64,000 bases of DNA, taken from contig JANJGN010000034.1 of the NCBI GenBank assembly GCA_026770705.1, positions 5,332,001-5,396,000 of the forward strand, given 5' to 3'. The notes beneath the pieces are model-generated. The model did not search any database. It was not told the DNA's origin and saw only the letters and a program-made list of their open reading frames with translations. Of the stretch, positions 27,661-41,249 are shown piece after piece; position 1 is the first letter of the stretch, and every line of letters starts with the position of its first letter. The DNA is from Isurus oxyrinchus. Lineage: Eukaryota. The position numbers and the translations under genes are program-made.

Positions 27661-30349
27661 AGATATGCAGTGCCGATATAGTTACCTCTTTTTTTGGCTG
27701 AGCAAAACCGATGAAAAAATTGGGGCGGCTAGAGCTATGTCAAACCCCAAGGTTCAATATGTTCAACATCTGGGAATTTGCATATCAGCCGTGGAAAAAT
27801 ACTCGGCAGAACCGGCACTTTCACCTACAAATTATTACCAATATTTAGCGTGAGTCCAGGCATGGAGTGGGATGGGTAATGATGGTTATCACATCAGTGT
27901 ACTAAATTGTTTATGTTTTTTTTTTTGCTAATGCATTTCCTCAAATAACTGTGGAAGTGGGCACCATCTTCGGTTGCAATGGGGAAAATTGTGCACATAT
28001 ACAAAGAATGAACAGGGCTGTCGTACCAGTTAGATATCTCAATTTTTGCGCTGGGGGAAAGAAATTTAAAAACTGCCACCCTCACCTCACTCTTCTGTTT
28101 CACTCAATAATTCAGCAAACTTTTATTGTAACTGTGAAATTTCACTTAGCAATTGGTGATGTGAAACTTTAACATATAAACATAGTTTTTAATGAACCTG
28201 CACTTTACAGATAAGGACCAACTTTTTCACGATACAGGTAATTTTCTAATAATTAGGCAGTAGTCAAAGCGACAGCGCGCATTTTAAAATGGCTGTACAG
28301 GCGATTTTCTAATACAGGCTTCAGCAGTTCCATTAAATCTCAAATGGGGAAGGTTTTTTTTTGGAATACAGAAAATTATGACATAACACAGAATCGCATT
28401 GTTGCTCTGAATTCAAAAATCCACTTTTGCACAATACATTTGTTTCTTGTGTGTCTCAATTACAGTGAAGAAATGCATGAATGCAGAGGCAGGTATGTCG
28501 AAACGATTATTGGTTAAACACTTAAACAAACAAAGTTGAATAGACCTTTCATATGAGGTGAACATGAGGAAAGTAGACAAGAATTGATTGACGTTGTGCT
28601 GCTCGGATTAGAGTTTGTTCATCAGGGTGATTTCTTTTTTACATTACCACAAACCTGGAAACATAACCGAGACAGGACAATAGCGGAACAGAATATGATA
28701 CAATCTATTTTGTTTTGCCTGAAACATAAAAGTGTTTATTGATTCATTGACAATTGATATTCTGTTATTTGTGTTGCTGGTGTATATGAAAATTGGCTTA
28801 TGAACAAAAGCTTACTTTTATTTAAGTAAAGTTACGCAGGCTTTCACATGTGCTGTATGAATTAAGCTCAAACGATGGTCATGCATTCATTTATGTCATT
28901 ATGCATACTGTCCTTCCTATTTTTCTCATGGAAGTGGGGTGACAGATTGAATGAATGAATGAACAAAGTACTTTATTAGCTAAATACTTAATTATAATTA
29001 GATAATTAACGAATTCATTGTTGAATGACCGAACGTATGCATAAATGAATCAATGAATAAATGATCAAATAAATAAATACAAGCATAGGGATTTCTAAAT
29101 GGACTTCAACATTTAGTGTCCGATTTAATGGGAGGCAGGCAATTTCCCTGGATACCAGCCCTTCAACCTGTCAATTAATCTCCTTGTGAGGATAAATAAT
29201 GGCCATTTGATCAGTACTTGCCATCTGGAAAGAGATTTGCTGGCGTCATCATGGAAACATTGATAGGAAGACTGACAAGTGAGCCTCCATGGAAAGGGAA
29301 AGTGAGAGCAGGTATACATAATGAGTTTCGTTTTCTGATCAAAGGTCGGGCCAAACTTGTGCTTCAAGCCTCGGTTTACCCTTTCAATTGCATTAATCAT
29401 CATAGCCAAACTTGCCCTTCATCGCCTCCTATGGACGCCATCCACCGCCTCCCATCCTGGTCCGACTGGGAGCTATTCCTCAGCTCATGTCTTTTATCCT
29501 CCACCCCAATCTTTTACTCCGTACACACACACCTTGTCCGGCTCCTAACTCTTCCTCTTCGGCTGATGTAACAACGGCCGGTCAACGTGCTGCTCTGGGG
29601 TCCTTACCAATTCAATCAAGAGTGAAAATCCCGGCGTCGTATACCGCTGCTGCATTGGCGATTTTTAGAGTGATTTTATTTTGTCAGCGGAGGTGGAAAG
29701 CATGGCACTCCAGAAATGCTGCCTGATATGTGGTGCATCTTTTTTTCTAATCTTCTATGTACAAAGATCAGCATTTTCCTTGTCGCCCTGCTTAGTCCCT
29801 GTATATTTTCATAGTATTTCAATGCAATACATTCCTGGGTGACAAGCTCTCTTTGCAAATCGATTATGCTGAAATTTCGATTGTATTTAATTCCCTCATT
29901 CATTTTATCACCTTAGGGTAAGACGTTGCATTTTCTAATATTCAAAGTCGTTTTCCTCATTTCACATCATAATTTTACACACCAATCCTTACTTTGCTTG
30001 TTGCCCTTCTATGTACATTGCTGACAATTCTGACCATTTCTGTCTCTTTGACATATTTGTATCTGTGGATTCTAAATTTCCTCCCAGTGATGATGAAACG
30101 AGGCACTTCAACGCAATATTTATGAAAAAAAAAATAAATTGGATACCCAGAAAACACAGATTACAGCTATGACAAAGAAGCCAGAAGGGAATGCATCACT
30201 TTTGTGCAACACTTCGCAACCAACTGGAATTCATTACTTGGAAGTTAGATGGAAGCTAATTCAATAGCAGCATCCGATATCAGGTGCCTAAATATTTCAA
30301 GGACAGTTAGCTACACAGCTAAAAGAGGAAGCAGGCATAATAAAATCGG

Positions 30350-31630
30350 CCATGCTGCATTTCTCGTCGAAAGAACTGGTAGTGGCAAACTGCTCCACAT
30401 GCTTACTGCGTGTTTTAAGGGAACTCTTTCTCTGCAAAAAGAAAAGTCATAAACTTGTATCAAATAGATAATTATATTCCTTATGTTTCACAACCTCAAA
30501 TAACATATTTCAAAATTCCAGTAGTTCAACCAAAAAAATTGGGCAAAAATAACAAGTAATATTAGCTAAGAATAAACACTATTTAAATTTTCAAGGCTCG
30601 ATGGTTCTAGATGTTTTCCTTTTCCCAGTTATTCCTGGCTATTTCGTCAAGACAGAACATCTCATTTAAGTCAATTTCCCAATCATTGTCCTTTTCGTTA
30701 AGCGTCACTGTACTTCCATCGGTCAACTCAATTCCCAAACGCAATTGTGATAAATTCACATTTTGAAACAATAATGAAAAAATTACATCTTTTGCTGTAA
30801 CCTATTACTCCTCTACTCAAAATCTCGTTTTGCCATTTCATTGATGTTGTTGATTTGTTGTTGCGTTCATAAGATAGGTTTTCAAACTCAAGTTTGGTCT
30901 GTTCTTTGAAGATTTTAATATATTGTATTTTCTCCTGACCCCACTTCAAACGGGTCTTCTTAAATTCATTTCCTTGGAACAACATTAGACACCTCATTCT
31001 TCTGGAGCCCATTGGTTCATTCAAGTAGATTACCGCTGTTACATCATTCAGAAAACACTTCACTTTCTAACTCTATAAAATTGTAAATGTTATTTCGTAA
31101 AATCTCCACCTGCGCCTTGTACCCTGCGTGTCAAGACCCGGAAGCACTGATGAATACATGTCTCTTCTCATTGAGTCTTCGAGACCATTTTGCGGTTTCA
31201 GTCCTTCCCATTGCTACTTATTAATTCTCCAATCTGCAGGCACTTCAGTTGTTTCTGTACTATTCCTGAGTGATGTTGGTGCATCAATAGTCTTTTTTTT
31301 CCCCTCAATTCGATTAAGTGGGTCATAATTGGGCAACAGATTTTTTTCATATGGAAAAACCTCCCATGTGGCATTCCACCCCAGGCTGTGCAAACTAATA
31401 ATAAAATATATGCTGCTCAATGTATCGTTTCATTGAGAAAAATCTACCCCTTCAATAGGAGAGGAAAGAACGATTACTGCAGTGAAAAAAATTTCACCTA
31501 GTGATTATTTTTAATTCACAATACAAATGGGAAGACATTTGATCAATTGCATGAATATCTTTGTTAATATATTTCACTTCACCAAGCTACGTGGAGTACA
31601 TATAACATCATCACAAACCATCAGCAATGA
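30350..31630 (-). mobile_element. Decayed Gypsy-like pol fragment
   Basis: VCDDVI (YxDD-like) near 31610; YLIQVYDFSFCRERVPLK (integrase-like) near 30420-30470. Heavily degenerate. Confidence 0.4.
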
Positions 31631-32859
31631 AATGACTCAGTATCTTTCAATTCCAAATGTGTTTGTTGATTAATTTGGAGGGGTAATGGAACAAATCTCC
31701 TTTTGTGACAAAATATCTAAACCTTCCAGTAGCGTGACTGCCCTTCGCTGTAGCAGAGGAAGAATTATCTTAGCTATCCTCAGCCATAGCGCCATTCCAA
31801 GTGGGATCTGTGGGAGCACGATTAGAAACCCCACTTACTTCTGGTTACGTTTTTTCGTGACGATTTCTTAAGCATTCCCACTCCCACAAAATTTATCCTA
31901 AATACTTTACAGCAATTAGCTTTACATTGTCAAGTTTTGTAGCAATTGATGCATACTATTTTCTTGACAACACACTTTAGGCTATAGATCGTTTTGTTCA
32001 TTATATTTTTTGCGGCCATCCATCTGTTCCCTAGGACATGTTCTTTTTCAATCAGCATGTACGCTAGTCCTCTGATTTCCCTGTTGATTCACATAGAAGC
32101 ATTACCTCGCACGTATACTTTTCTGTAACCTGTCACAGGTACCTAGTCAAAACTGACTTGCGGGGCTGTTGAAAAATGATGCTCATCTAAATAACTATTA
32201 ATGGTTATTGGAATGCTCTTGCTGAATTCGTCATAAATTCCCACACATTCTTAATTAAGTTTGCTAATTTCAGTAACCAAATCCACTGATCCACAGCATT
32301 AGCGGAATTTTACGCTTCAAGGTCACGAGCTTTTCTTGATTTGTGTAGGGTTTTATGGGGCGCAATGACGTTGGGCGCATTTTACAACCTCATGACACCA
32401 GTTTTCGGTAATACCGCATGTGATCAGTCTTAAAGTTGGGAACCTGCTCGCGTTAACTAAATATAATTTAAAGCCATTTCAGCTAATTATTTAATTGTTT
32501 CACCGCAATACTTTGGCCAGAAGTCAAAAGCGGGACTTCACGGTTAGATTTACAACAGATGTGGAATCATTTTTTTCTTGAGGAGAATGCTTTATCAGCG
32601 TATGTTATAATGACATATGAGAGCAAAGTTTCAGCTTTGCAGTGCAAACACTGTTGACAACAAGGACTGGTTATTTGGGTTTACAAAATAAACTATTGGA
32701 TATACTTTGTCAAAAAAAATGAATCTCCTCTGATTCAGCAGGCTCTTTTTATGGCATATTTCCTATCCATTACTTGGGATTTGTGGTAAAAATTGTTTGA
32801 CACAGATGGGGATTGTTGTCTAAGTTGGAAACTCAGCTTCCAGGGAGGAGGAGCAAAAG

Positions 32860-33040
32860 GTTCGGTGAAGGAAGAGGGGAATGGTGAGCGAAAGAAGGGA
32901 ACAGAGCAGCACCAGATGCGGAAGTGCAGGAGGAATCCAAGAAACCTCAGAGGAGGTGCAAACGAACTTATGCCACTCCAAGGGTATAACGCAGAAATCT
33001 AGCTACCTGCAAATGATCTAATGCGGTCACTGAGCGGCTT
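32860..33040 (+). mobile_element. Possible Harbinger/PIF transposase N-terminal relic
   Basis: Arg/Glu-rich stretch, then TPRV* and QKSSYLQM (cf. PRVYR.R.SYL.MSE); frameshifted. Confidence 0.3.
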
Positions 33041-33404
33041 TGGTGGAACTGGAACAAATGTTCATCACGACGTCTAAAGTGTTCACCTCGTCGACCACCT
33101 CCTCCCTTGCAGCATGAATCTGCCCGGCCCATTTCTTCCTCACCGTTCTTGGATCCATTTAGTGCCTTTTTAAAAAATGCTGCATACATGAGGGCCCCAA
33201 GGACGCTGAATATGGAGGCAGTTTTGTACCTTCTAGAACGCCTTGCCTCTCGCTCTGATGGCACAAACGTCTATGCGCAGGCATATGCTATAAATTGAGA
33301 ACTGCTGAAGGCACCGAAGGTGGCAGAATTTCTAAAGATAAAGATAGCTTCCAATTAAGAAGCTTCACATCGTTTTCAAATATTAACTCAAAATTAAAAT
33401 TAAA

Positions 33405-34340
33405 ACAGTTTATGCAGTGGAATATTCAGCTGGCCAGGAAGCATCTTTGGAGAGAGTGACAGAGTTAACGTTTTGATTTCATATGACTCTTCTTTAGCTC
33501 TGAAGACATCTACATATGTCAGTAGTTTCATACTGTGGAAGGGCGGGAATGAACCAAGTAGTGCGAAGTAGAAGATCGGGGTAGCTGGGAGCTCAGGAGA
33601 GATTTGAGCAGCAAGCCATAGCAACAAGATGCAGTAGGTGGTAATGATGTTTTAAAAGAGTAAGAAATATCCTAAACGTTGCTGAAAGATCAGATGGCAG
33701 AATATGTTAATGGCAAAACAATGACTAACTGCCTCTGAGAGCAAACTATAAATTATTTTCTTGTTCTGTTGAAGGAGGTGGTTGGAAAACAAATAAGGCG
33801 GGGGCAGAATTCATGGCTTTAACTTGTTGAAATTATTAATTGTGGAAGCCTGTAAAGTTCCTAATGGAAGGACGAGGTGCCGTTGCTCTAGTTGGAACTT
33901 CTTTACAGCCTTTAAGCCTCAGTATTCTTATCCTTCATTCAACGTTCTCCTACCACAGAGCCGATGTCTGACTGCTTCTTATGTTTTGATTTCAGATAGA
34001 ACTGACGGTGAATCTGTCATTAACATATTCTGCTGTCTCATTTATATGTCAGCATTAGCATCCCCCTTAATCTTGAAATGTCTAATTTCCACTCCCTTTG
34101 TCGTGTATTCATGATAAATTGGCAAATATTTATTGATGTTGCACATTTGCCCGCTCTTTTATTTTGATTCACAACCTTACCACCTCTCTCCAACACTGAT
34201 AATCACATAGGATTTCAGCTACCCTTCAATTCTGAAGAAGTGGGAAGGACGGAAACGATGGCTCTATTTAACTCTCCACAAGGGCTTTCAGAGTAGCTGA
34301 GATTTGTACATTTTTTGGTTCCTTTTTTCATATTTTCAGT
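33405..34340. mobile_element. Decayed PLE with inverted pLTR pair
   Basis: - strand tail and hammerhead relic at 33420-33500. GIY-YIG 3' end at 33835-33895 (ggaagcctgtaaagttcctaatggaaggacgaggtg, compare 52937-52975). + strand relic CTGAAGAAG..GAAACG at 34232-34257 followed by the tail. Confidence 0.7.
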
Positions 34341-34724
34341 ATCAACAGAATTTCAGTTTTATTTAAGCAAACATCTAAATTTACTTCCCAGAGCAGAGAT
34401 TAAGATGAACAAACCTTCACCAACTACAGCAAAGGCAATCGATTGGCGTCGAAAGGCATCTGCTTGGCAACTTGAAATTTTCAAGTTACAGAGGGTCCAT
34501 TCAAACGCTGGCCATTGCCTTGTTCAGGGTGTGTTCAGAGACCGAGACTGGATATCCCGCCATCCAGCGCTCTAGGGGCGGGATAACGGGCTAAAAGCCA
34601 CGTTTGCCCCTAAATTGCGACAATCAATGCATCGCTGTGTTTTACACACAGGGGTCTCCGGCATTTCGACTCTCGGTGCAGGAATGCCCGGGGATTTCAG
34701 TGAACGCAAACAACCATTGGCGAG

Positions 34725-35200
34725 CGGCCGTTTTATTCAGCACATTATCACTTTCACTTGCAAATTCACGATATTTCTGATTAGTTCTTCACCACACCGA
34801 AGTGTCCTAAACTTTAATTGATAAACTTCATGGAAAGGTTCACATGAATTTAGTATTCCTCTTTTAGCCATTTCATCTGATGGAAATTATGTCCCCGTCA
34901 CAAACTGGAGGACCATAAAATGTGGCGTGCCATTCTAGATCCCATTGATTTCGGCGGGTCTGTGAAATCCTGCCTGAATAAAACTCCATCTCTTGCTTGT
35001 GATTAATCTTCTGACAGATTCCTCTATAAGTTCATACCTATGCCTGATAGGATAGCTTTTAGTATTAAGGCCAAACCTCCTCTCGCCACTTGAACGGAAT
35101 AGTTACCCTTTCATGTTTTGAAATATGTTCCACATCCATCCTCAGTGAATTCAGGCACTGGACCAAGGTTTTGAGTGAAGTAAATATTATCAGTGGAATT
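34725..35200 (-). mobile_element. Decayed Gypsy gag (capsid region)
   Basis: Relics PEFTEDG..YF..KWREEVWP and EVYQLKFRTL..NQKYREFASE match the recalled vertebrate Gypsy gag pattern VPPF.E.DV..YF..FE..KWP..VW..YELVPEAYRQKFR..QTYVEFAREK. Confidence 0.65.
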
Positions 35201-35975
35201 ACAATCATCCGAAGAACCAACCAGATATTCCTTTTTAAGCTTTTCTCTAATTAGTTCATGCAGCATGCTGTATATCCATTTCCTTATTTCACTCCTCCTT
35301 CACTAACTTCTCCTTCTGGAGTACGAGTCAAAGCTTTCACATTTCCTTTTCGGTTTCACCCTTTTCTAATTCGAAGTATTTGGCTTTAATATATTTCATT
35401 TTTTCCTTCTTTCTTGACTTTTTCTAATCCTTTTCACAATATCTTATCTTTATTTTGCTTTCTCCTCAAATTATTGATTTTTCTCCACTCCACTTTCTAT
35501 CTCAATTCATTTCATTGACAACTGAATCTTAGCGGTGATACGGCGTTTTCAGGTTCTCTTTAGTTTTGCTCTAAATGTTTGGTAATTTAATTAATCATAC
35601 TATCTTTGAAAAAAAAACGAATTAATTTCTACTTTCAATTGACCTGCTAATTCTTGTTCTGCAATCGTGGTTTGCAATTTCGTGTAATGTACTGTTACAT
35701 TGTCTACTTCCAGAAAATTCTTAGAAGCACTGAAAATTATGTTTACGTTCCAACCAGTGTAATATAATACACATCAGGCCGTGCTCCTATACACAGCACC
35801 TCCGCGTGCTTGTTTTTCCAATGATTCACTGGTCCCTCTTAAATACAAGTGCTCCAAAGTGGGATGATCCCAACTAATCTTAGTACTGGCGAAGTCAGAT
35901 CCAAAAGGTAAACCTGATTTGGTCGATTCTAAGTTTTTTTTTAGAAAGCCCATTTTTATTTCGACATGGCTTTAG

Positions 35976-36290
35976 GAGATGCAGTGGAATGGTTTTGATG
36001 TAACTGGACTTTTAATCAAAAAACCAAGATAATGCTTGTGGGAAACGATTTGAATCCTCCCATGGCAAATTCAGTACAAAAGTGGAATGAAGTATCAAGA
36101 TAGCAATGCAAGAATTGGTGGGTTTGTTTAAAACACCGTTGTTTAACTAATGTGCTTTAGAAAAGGAAATCTGCTCTCCTTCCAAACATGCGACTCCACG
36201 TCAGTTATGAAGCTTAAATTAAATAAGGAATTGACAATAATTGTTGGCCTAGCCAGCGTTGCCCACATACCATAGCGAATAAAAAAAAAT
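35976..36290 (+). mobile_element. tRNA-headed SINE with a LINE-derived tail
   Basis: Head (gcagtggaatgg..actggact..taatc..gatttgaatcctcccatggca), body (actaatgtgctttagaaaaggaaatctgc), tail (ttggcctagccagcgttgcccacatacc..A-rich). Confidence 0.7.
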
Positions 36291-37239
36291 ACAAAGGCAA
36301 GAAGATGGTTCACATATTGACTACCTTTCAACCCAGCGAAATATTTAAGGTATATACGCATTTAGAAAGAAAAAAAAACAATTTACACACCTTATTTTAT
36401 ATCCTAATGTTCAGCCTAACTGTATTCAGGGGCAAGTGAAAAGTGCATGCGAAATAGTCTGTGGTCAGACACTGCAAAGTAAATGTGAACAAAAGGGTTT
36501 CAATGGATTTCTCCACCCCCACACATACAATTCTAATATTGTTAGCCAACCAGTCTCACTGAAACTTTAATCTTATCACGAGGGTAGCCAAACTCTGCAT
36601 TTGAAGAACACACCTCGAACTCGCTTAAAAGATTGTCCAGACCGAAACGACTTCAGCAAGGAACCACCTTCAGTGCATCAATCTCTCCTTCGAAGATCAG
36701 TACCTCCTGATTCTCCAGATGTACTCGAACACACCTTCCAAGAACAATTTCAGGCCTGTCGTCCAATCAAAACTCTATTTCCTCAAAGGTGTACTCTAGC
36801 CGGTAGGCCTAATGGTCGGAGTGATGAACCTGCAATTGCCTTCTCGGATCTCCAGGACTTCTTTAAAGCCAATTTTCCTTCAAGTCTACTCCTTGCCAAT
36901 CTATTTAACCCGGAAATCATTATTGTGCTTTTTCTGTTCCGTGACTTTGCCCATGTCTGTGAGCTCCCCCGATCCGCAACTTGTGTCCTCTTTGCAGCGG
37001 GATAATCATTACAATGGAGCTCCATTATCTTGTCACGTGACCTGCTTTTCGAGACGTTCCAAAAATTTGCCTATGCGTGTGCAGGGCTGTTCCTTGAAAA
37101 AAATATGACATTATAAACTGCGCAAGTGCACATTTTCCCAGCATGTGCATGCACGAAATCCCATGGCTCACAGCGAATTGGGTTTTGCAGCCTCCAATGC
37201 TAATTTCTGGCTTCGATAACAACAACGATCTTGTATATT

Positions 37240-37512
37240 TTTTAATAATCCCATGTCGCGCTGGCCAGGCCAGAATTTATTTTGTTACATTAAGGGTCAA
37301 ACGCATTGTGCAGAGTTTGGAGTCACATGTACAACTGACCAGGTAAGATACCAGTAGATTTCCTGCCATTACATTAGTGACCTAGGTGGGAGTTCCTGTT
37401 AATAGCTGTCATGAAAATTCAAATTCCACTAGCTTTAATGGGTTTCGAAGGCTGGTCCTGGGGTTTCCGACTTATTAATCAGGTAATTAAAACTTTAAGC
37501 CTTCGCTACCCT
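37240..37512 (-). mobile_element. Same SINE family, reverse orientation
   Basis: Tail cccatgtcgcgctggccaggccagaatttatt, body ggagtcacatgta..accaggtaag..agatttcc, head aattcaaattcc..gggtttcgaa. Confidence 0.7.
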
Positions 37513-38599
37513 TTGCATGTAATATTGGTTTCAGTTAGCTTTGCAAATTGATTTTATTTGATGATTCCCTTTTTCCCCCTTAAGAACAGTGTCTGCATCT
37601 CCTATATATATTATTGATTGCAGGGACACGGCTGGTAGTTCTGAATGCCTCTATGTAAATGTCTTCTCATTCCCTCCAGAAAGAACTGCTCTCAAGAAGG
37701 AACTGGATGTTTTAAGTAAGCAGTACTATTTACATATTCCTTTTGCACGGAAATGTTGTAATTTGACATGCGTTTATTAATTTTCAGAATCATTCTCTGT
37801 GTAACGTTCACAATTTATAACATGTGGAATATAATTAATTTCAGATACTTTCATTTTATCGAACTTCCATTTCTAAATTTCATTTTTGAGATTTCTGTTT
37901 TCGTATTAGGCCATGAGCTCAAGGAATGTAGCTTGGTTTTTGCCTGGCTGCAGACCATGTCTGCTGCGATTCATCTTGCAGGTTATAACTCAAGCTCGGC
38001 AACAAATCTTGCAAATTGGCCTCTGCCATTTGACGGTTTCGTTTAATCTTCCCGCCAAAATTCGTCACTTCTTGTTGCATAGTAATGCCTTTAACATACT
38101 TAACCAATGCTAAAACTTTGGAAGGCTCATGTAATATATTTTTTTTTGGTGCGTGAGGATTGGAATCTAAGTTTTTCGCAAATTTTAACTCCCAGTTTCC
38201 ATATGCACATTCAAAATAAAGGAACGATTTCTTCAAACAAATATTTCAGGGATGTGGTACTCTCTGCCAGTTGAACACAGCTCATGCTACCTCAAATACT
38301 TTTAAAGGAAATGAGCTGTCCTTTTATCTTAAGCCTTGGTAATCATCGGATATGGGAAAGATGGGCTTCATTATGTGAAGATAGAGATGTACCTCAGTCA
38401 CACACAATAGCGGGATTAACTGGATGTTCTGAATTGCAACGTTCACTCAGAGATGCCCTTGTCATTTTAGATTGTGGATGTTATCGTTGCTATCATGTTA
38501 AAAGACAAGCATGGCAGCATCTGAGGATCTGAGGATCTGTGGGCCATTCACGAAAATTGATAAACTGTTTGTTCCATACGTCGCCTCTGCTGTCCAATA

Positions 38600-39400
38600 C
38601 ATTTAAGAAGCCTCTTTATTTTCACTCCATGTAAGTTCCTTTGCCACAAATCCTTTACATTAACCATATTTAGCAAAAGGCATAACATACGCAGATTAAA
38701 TAACAATGTTACTTGAGCAAGTATCAATTTCCTTTGTGTGGAAGAGCGTTCCACATGTTCTCCAAGATTACATTGTAAAAGTCTTCCCTTACGGTTGCAT
38801 TGAAATACCTGGCCCAGAATAGTAATGTTTTTCCTTCCCCTTGCTTCTCCAAAGGCGAAGACAATTCTTCCTTCATGGTTTCCATCAATCGCTTTCAAAA
38901 TCATAAACAAATCTCACTGAAATCATGCTTAACCTCTTATACCGAGAAATGCTAAGTTGTTTATTGTAAATTGTCCTCATAATCTAAACATAGACGCATG
39001 AATTGAAGTTTTCTGAGTACGAAATGCAATACATCCAAGCCTAACGGATGTTCAAAAAAGGCAAGATTCGCAATAATGGCGCACGAAACACTGAACACTG
39101 CAGCAAAACGTCGCCTAATTTATCTCAAAACGATGCAGTTATGAAGGCAAGCATTCCGTTCGATGTTTAGGTCTTTAATTTATATAATTGCGCTAATAAT
39201 GATTTGTGTAGATGGTCCGCTAAATCTGGAGGTTCAATTTGTAAAAAAATTTATGCTATTTAGAAATATTTGGATCATATATTTATTAATTCAAAGTCGA
39301 CAAATATGGTTACACTTAACTCTTTAGTTTGAATTGTTCTTGGTTCAACATACATTTAATATCGTATTTGTATTTCACCATACTAACCTTATTTCTTTCC
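38600..39400 (-). mobile_element. Decayed CR1 RT fragments
   Basis: - strand relics of FNV.KC..LH.G near 38630 and LNYED..KLSI near 38950-38990. Confidence 0.45.
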
Positions 39401-41249
39401 ACTTCATATCCACTTGGATTCATTTTAAGAAAAACAACTGGCCGACGTGTTAAAGGGTAAAATATATTTCACTTAATTTGCCTTTCGCTTGATATAAGAA
39501 CTTAACGTCTTCACACATTTGGCATATGTGTGCAGAAACTATTTCAGTGTACTGTATGTTAAAAATAAGATTTCGTGATAAACTGTTTTTCAAGGAGGTA
39601 CTTGACCAAGCTGTTATAAAATGACGCCAATTAATACACGTGCAAATGAAGGCCATGCATTTCTGCTGGTATGCAGCGGGCGATTTCGGATGAAATACTG
39701 AATGAAGCCACTGTAAGCCCTCTGAGCTACATGCAAAAACTCAAAAGTGTGCAAAGTGCTTTTTGTGTTTGTTTGTTGCAGTGAGTTTTATTTTAGGCCA
39801 CGATAGATGCTGGCATATGTATTTTAATGTTTCAATTGAATCGCTTTGCAGCGTTAGCTATGTACTTGCAAGGGAACATTCTGCCTGAACTGTCTGCTGA
39901 AAAGTACAGGATGATTCAGTTGCCTGACTACCTACTACATGAGTATACTGCCATCAATACGCAACTGAAGAGCAAAAAAAAAATGGCTTGAAAACTACTT
40001 GTTTAATAATTTGAATGTAAATGCCCGGCTTGTGATGTTGCAGGGTGCCTTCTATTTTGACAGCTTATTGTCCTTGGAGTTTAAATGTTCATCTTCCCAT
40101 ATGTGTTCTCAGAAAACCTGGGCAGTACAAGTTGAGATGCAAAATTGTAGACTAATCAGAATGAGGAGTTTTGTTATTTATGATGTAGACTGGGAAAGCA
40201 CAAGATTAATAGGCAGAACAGGGGAATAGTTTATAAAGCGTGTTTAGGAGGAAGTGCTGATATCACAATGTTTCAGGAACAAGGAAGGAGACACTGATCA
40301 GGTTCGGAAAAATGAAATATTGCACTGTTTTGGCAAACGTATGCTTGAAAATAAAAGTAAGTTGAGATATAGTATAGCAGAACATAGCATTAGGTTGTAT
40401 TGATTTGCATTTCAGAGCTTAAAAAGTGTAAAGATAACAAGAAAGACGCAGGTAAGGTGAAATAAGTGGACACCCATGATTCCGTTAACTTGACAGAACT
40501 TGTAATTTCATTGAAATAGTTGCAGAATATTGTGCGAGTGCTAGAAGGTCACCCGATTATATTCCAGTTATAACTAAATGCGGACAAATTGGAAGGAAGT
40601 TAAAATTATAAAGCAAAATACTTTGCAGAAACTGAAAAACTGAAAGAAAAATGCTTCAAGGGGGCGAAAGCAGTAGAGTTATCATTTTAAGTTGTTGAGC
40701 TTTACTTTGAACTGGTAAAAGGTAGAAATGAAATAGCTTTAGTAAAAGAAAAGTAAGTAGAATGGATGAGATCCATAGTAACGGCTTTGGAAAAGGGAGT
40801 CAGCAGAGATTAAGTTGATGATCAACGGTCAGAGGTAGTGGTAATGAGACAAAAGATGAAGAAATGATGCTCCGAGATAAATAGCGAAAGAGTAATGAAC
40901 AAATGCCTTCTACAAGAAAAGGGCAGGAGATATATAAGACAAGTTAAATATGTAAAAACTAACAAATATGTGGGCTTGCATACTTACACAGCCATGTTGC
41001 AATATTATATGTGTCATAACTCAATGCTGGATCAAAAATTGCAATGCTTGAGCACTGGATTTTCCTGGATAGAAGGCATTCAGGAAATAAATGGGAAGAC
41101 ACGTAAAGAAACGAAAATAACAATATTAATTTAGTCAAACAACATATTACCGGGGAGAAAGAACGTCTTAAGGATGTCACTGGCACAAATACTTTTGTGT
41201 GAACAAAGAAAAGAAATGAAGTTCCTTTTATATCAGCGTTTATTATATA

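Noticed and set aside
36601-37108. Cluster of 80-134-aa ORFs
   Set aside because: No identifiable motif or convincing splice context.
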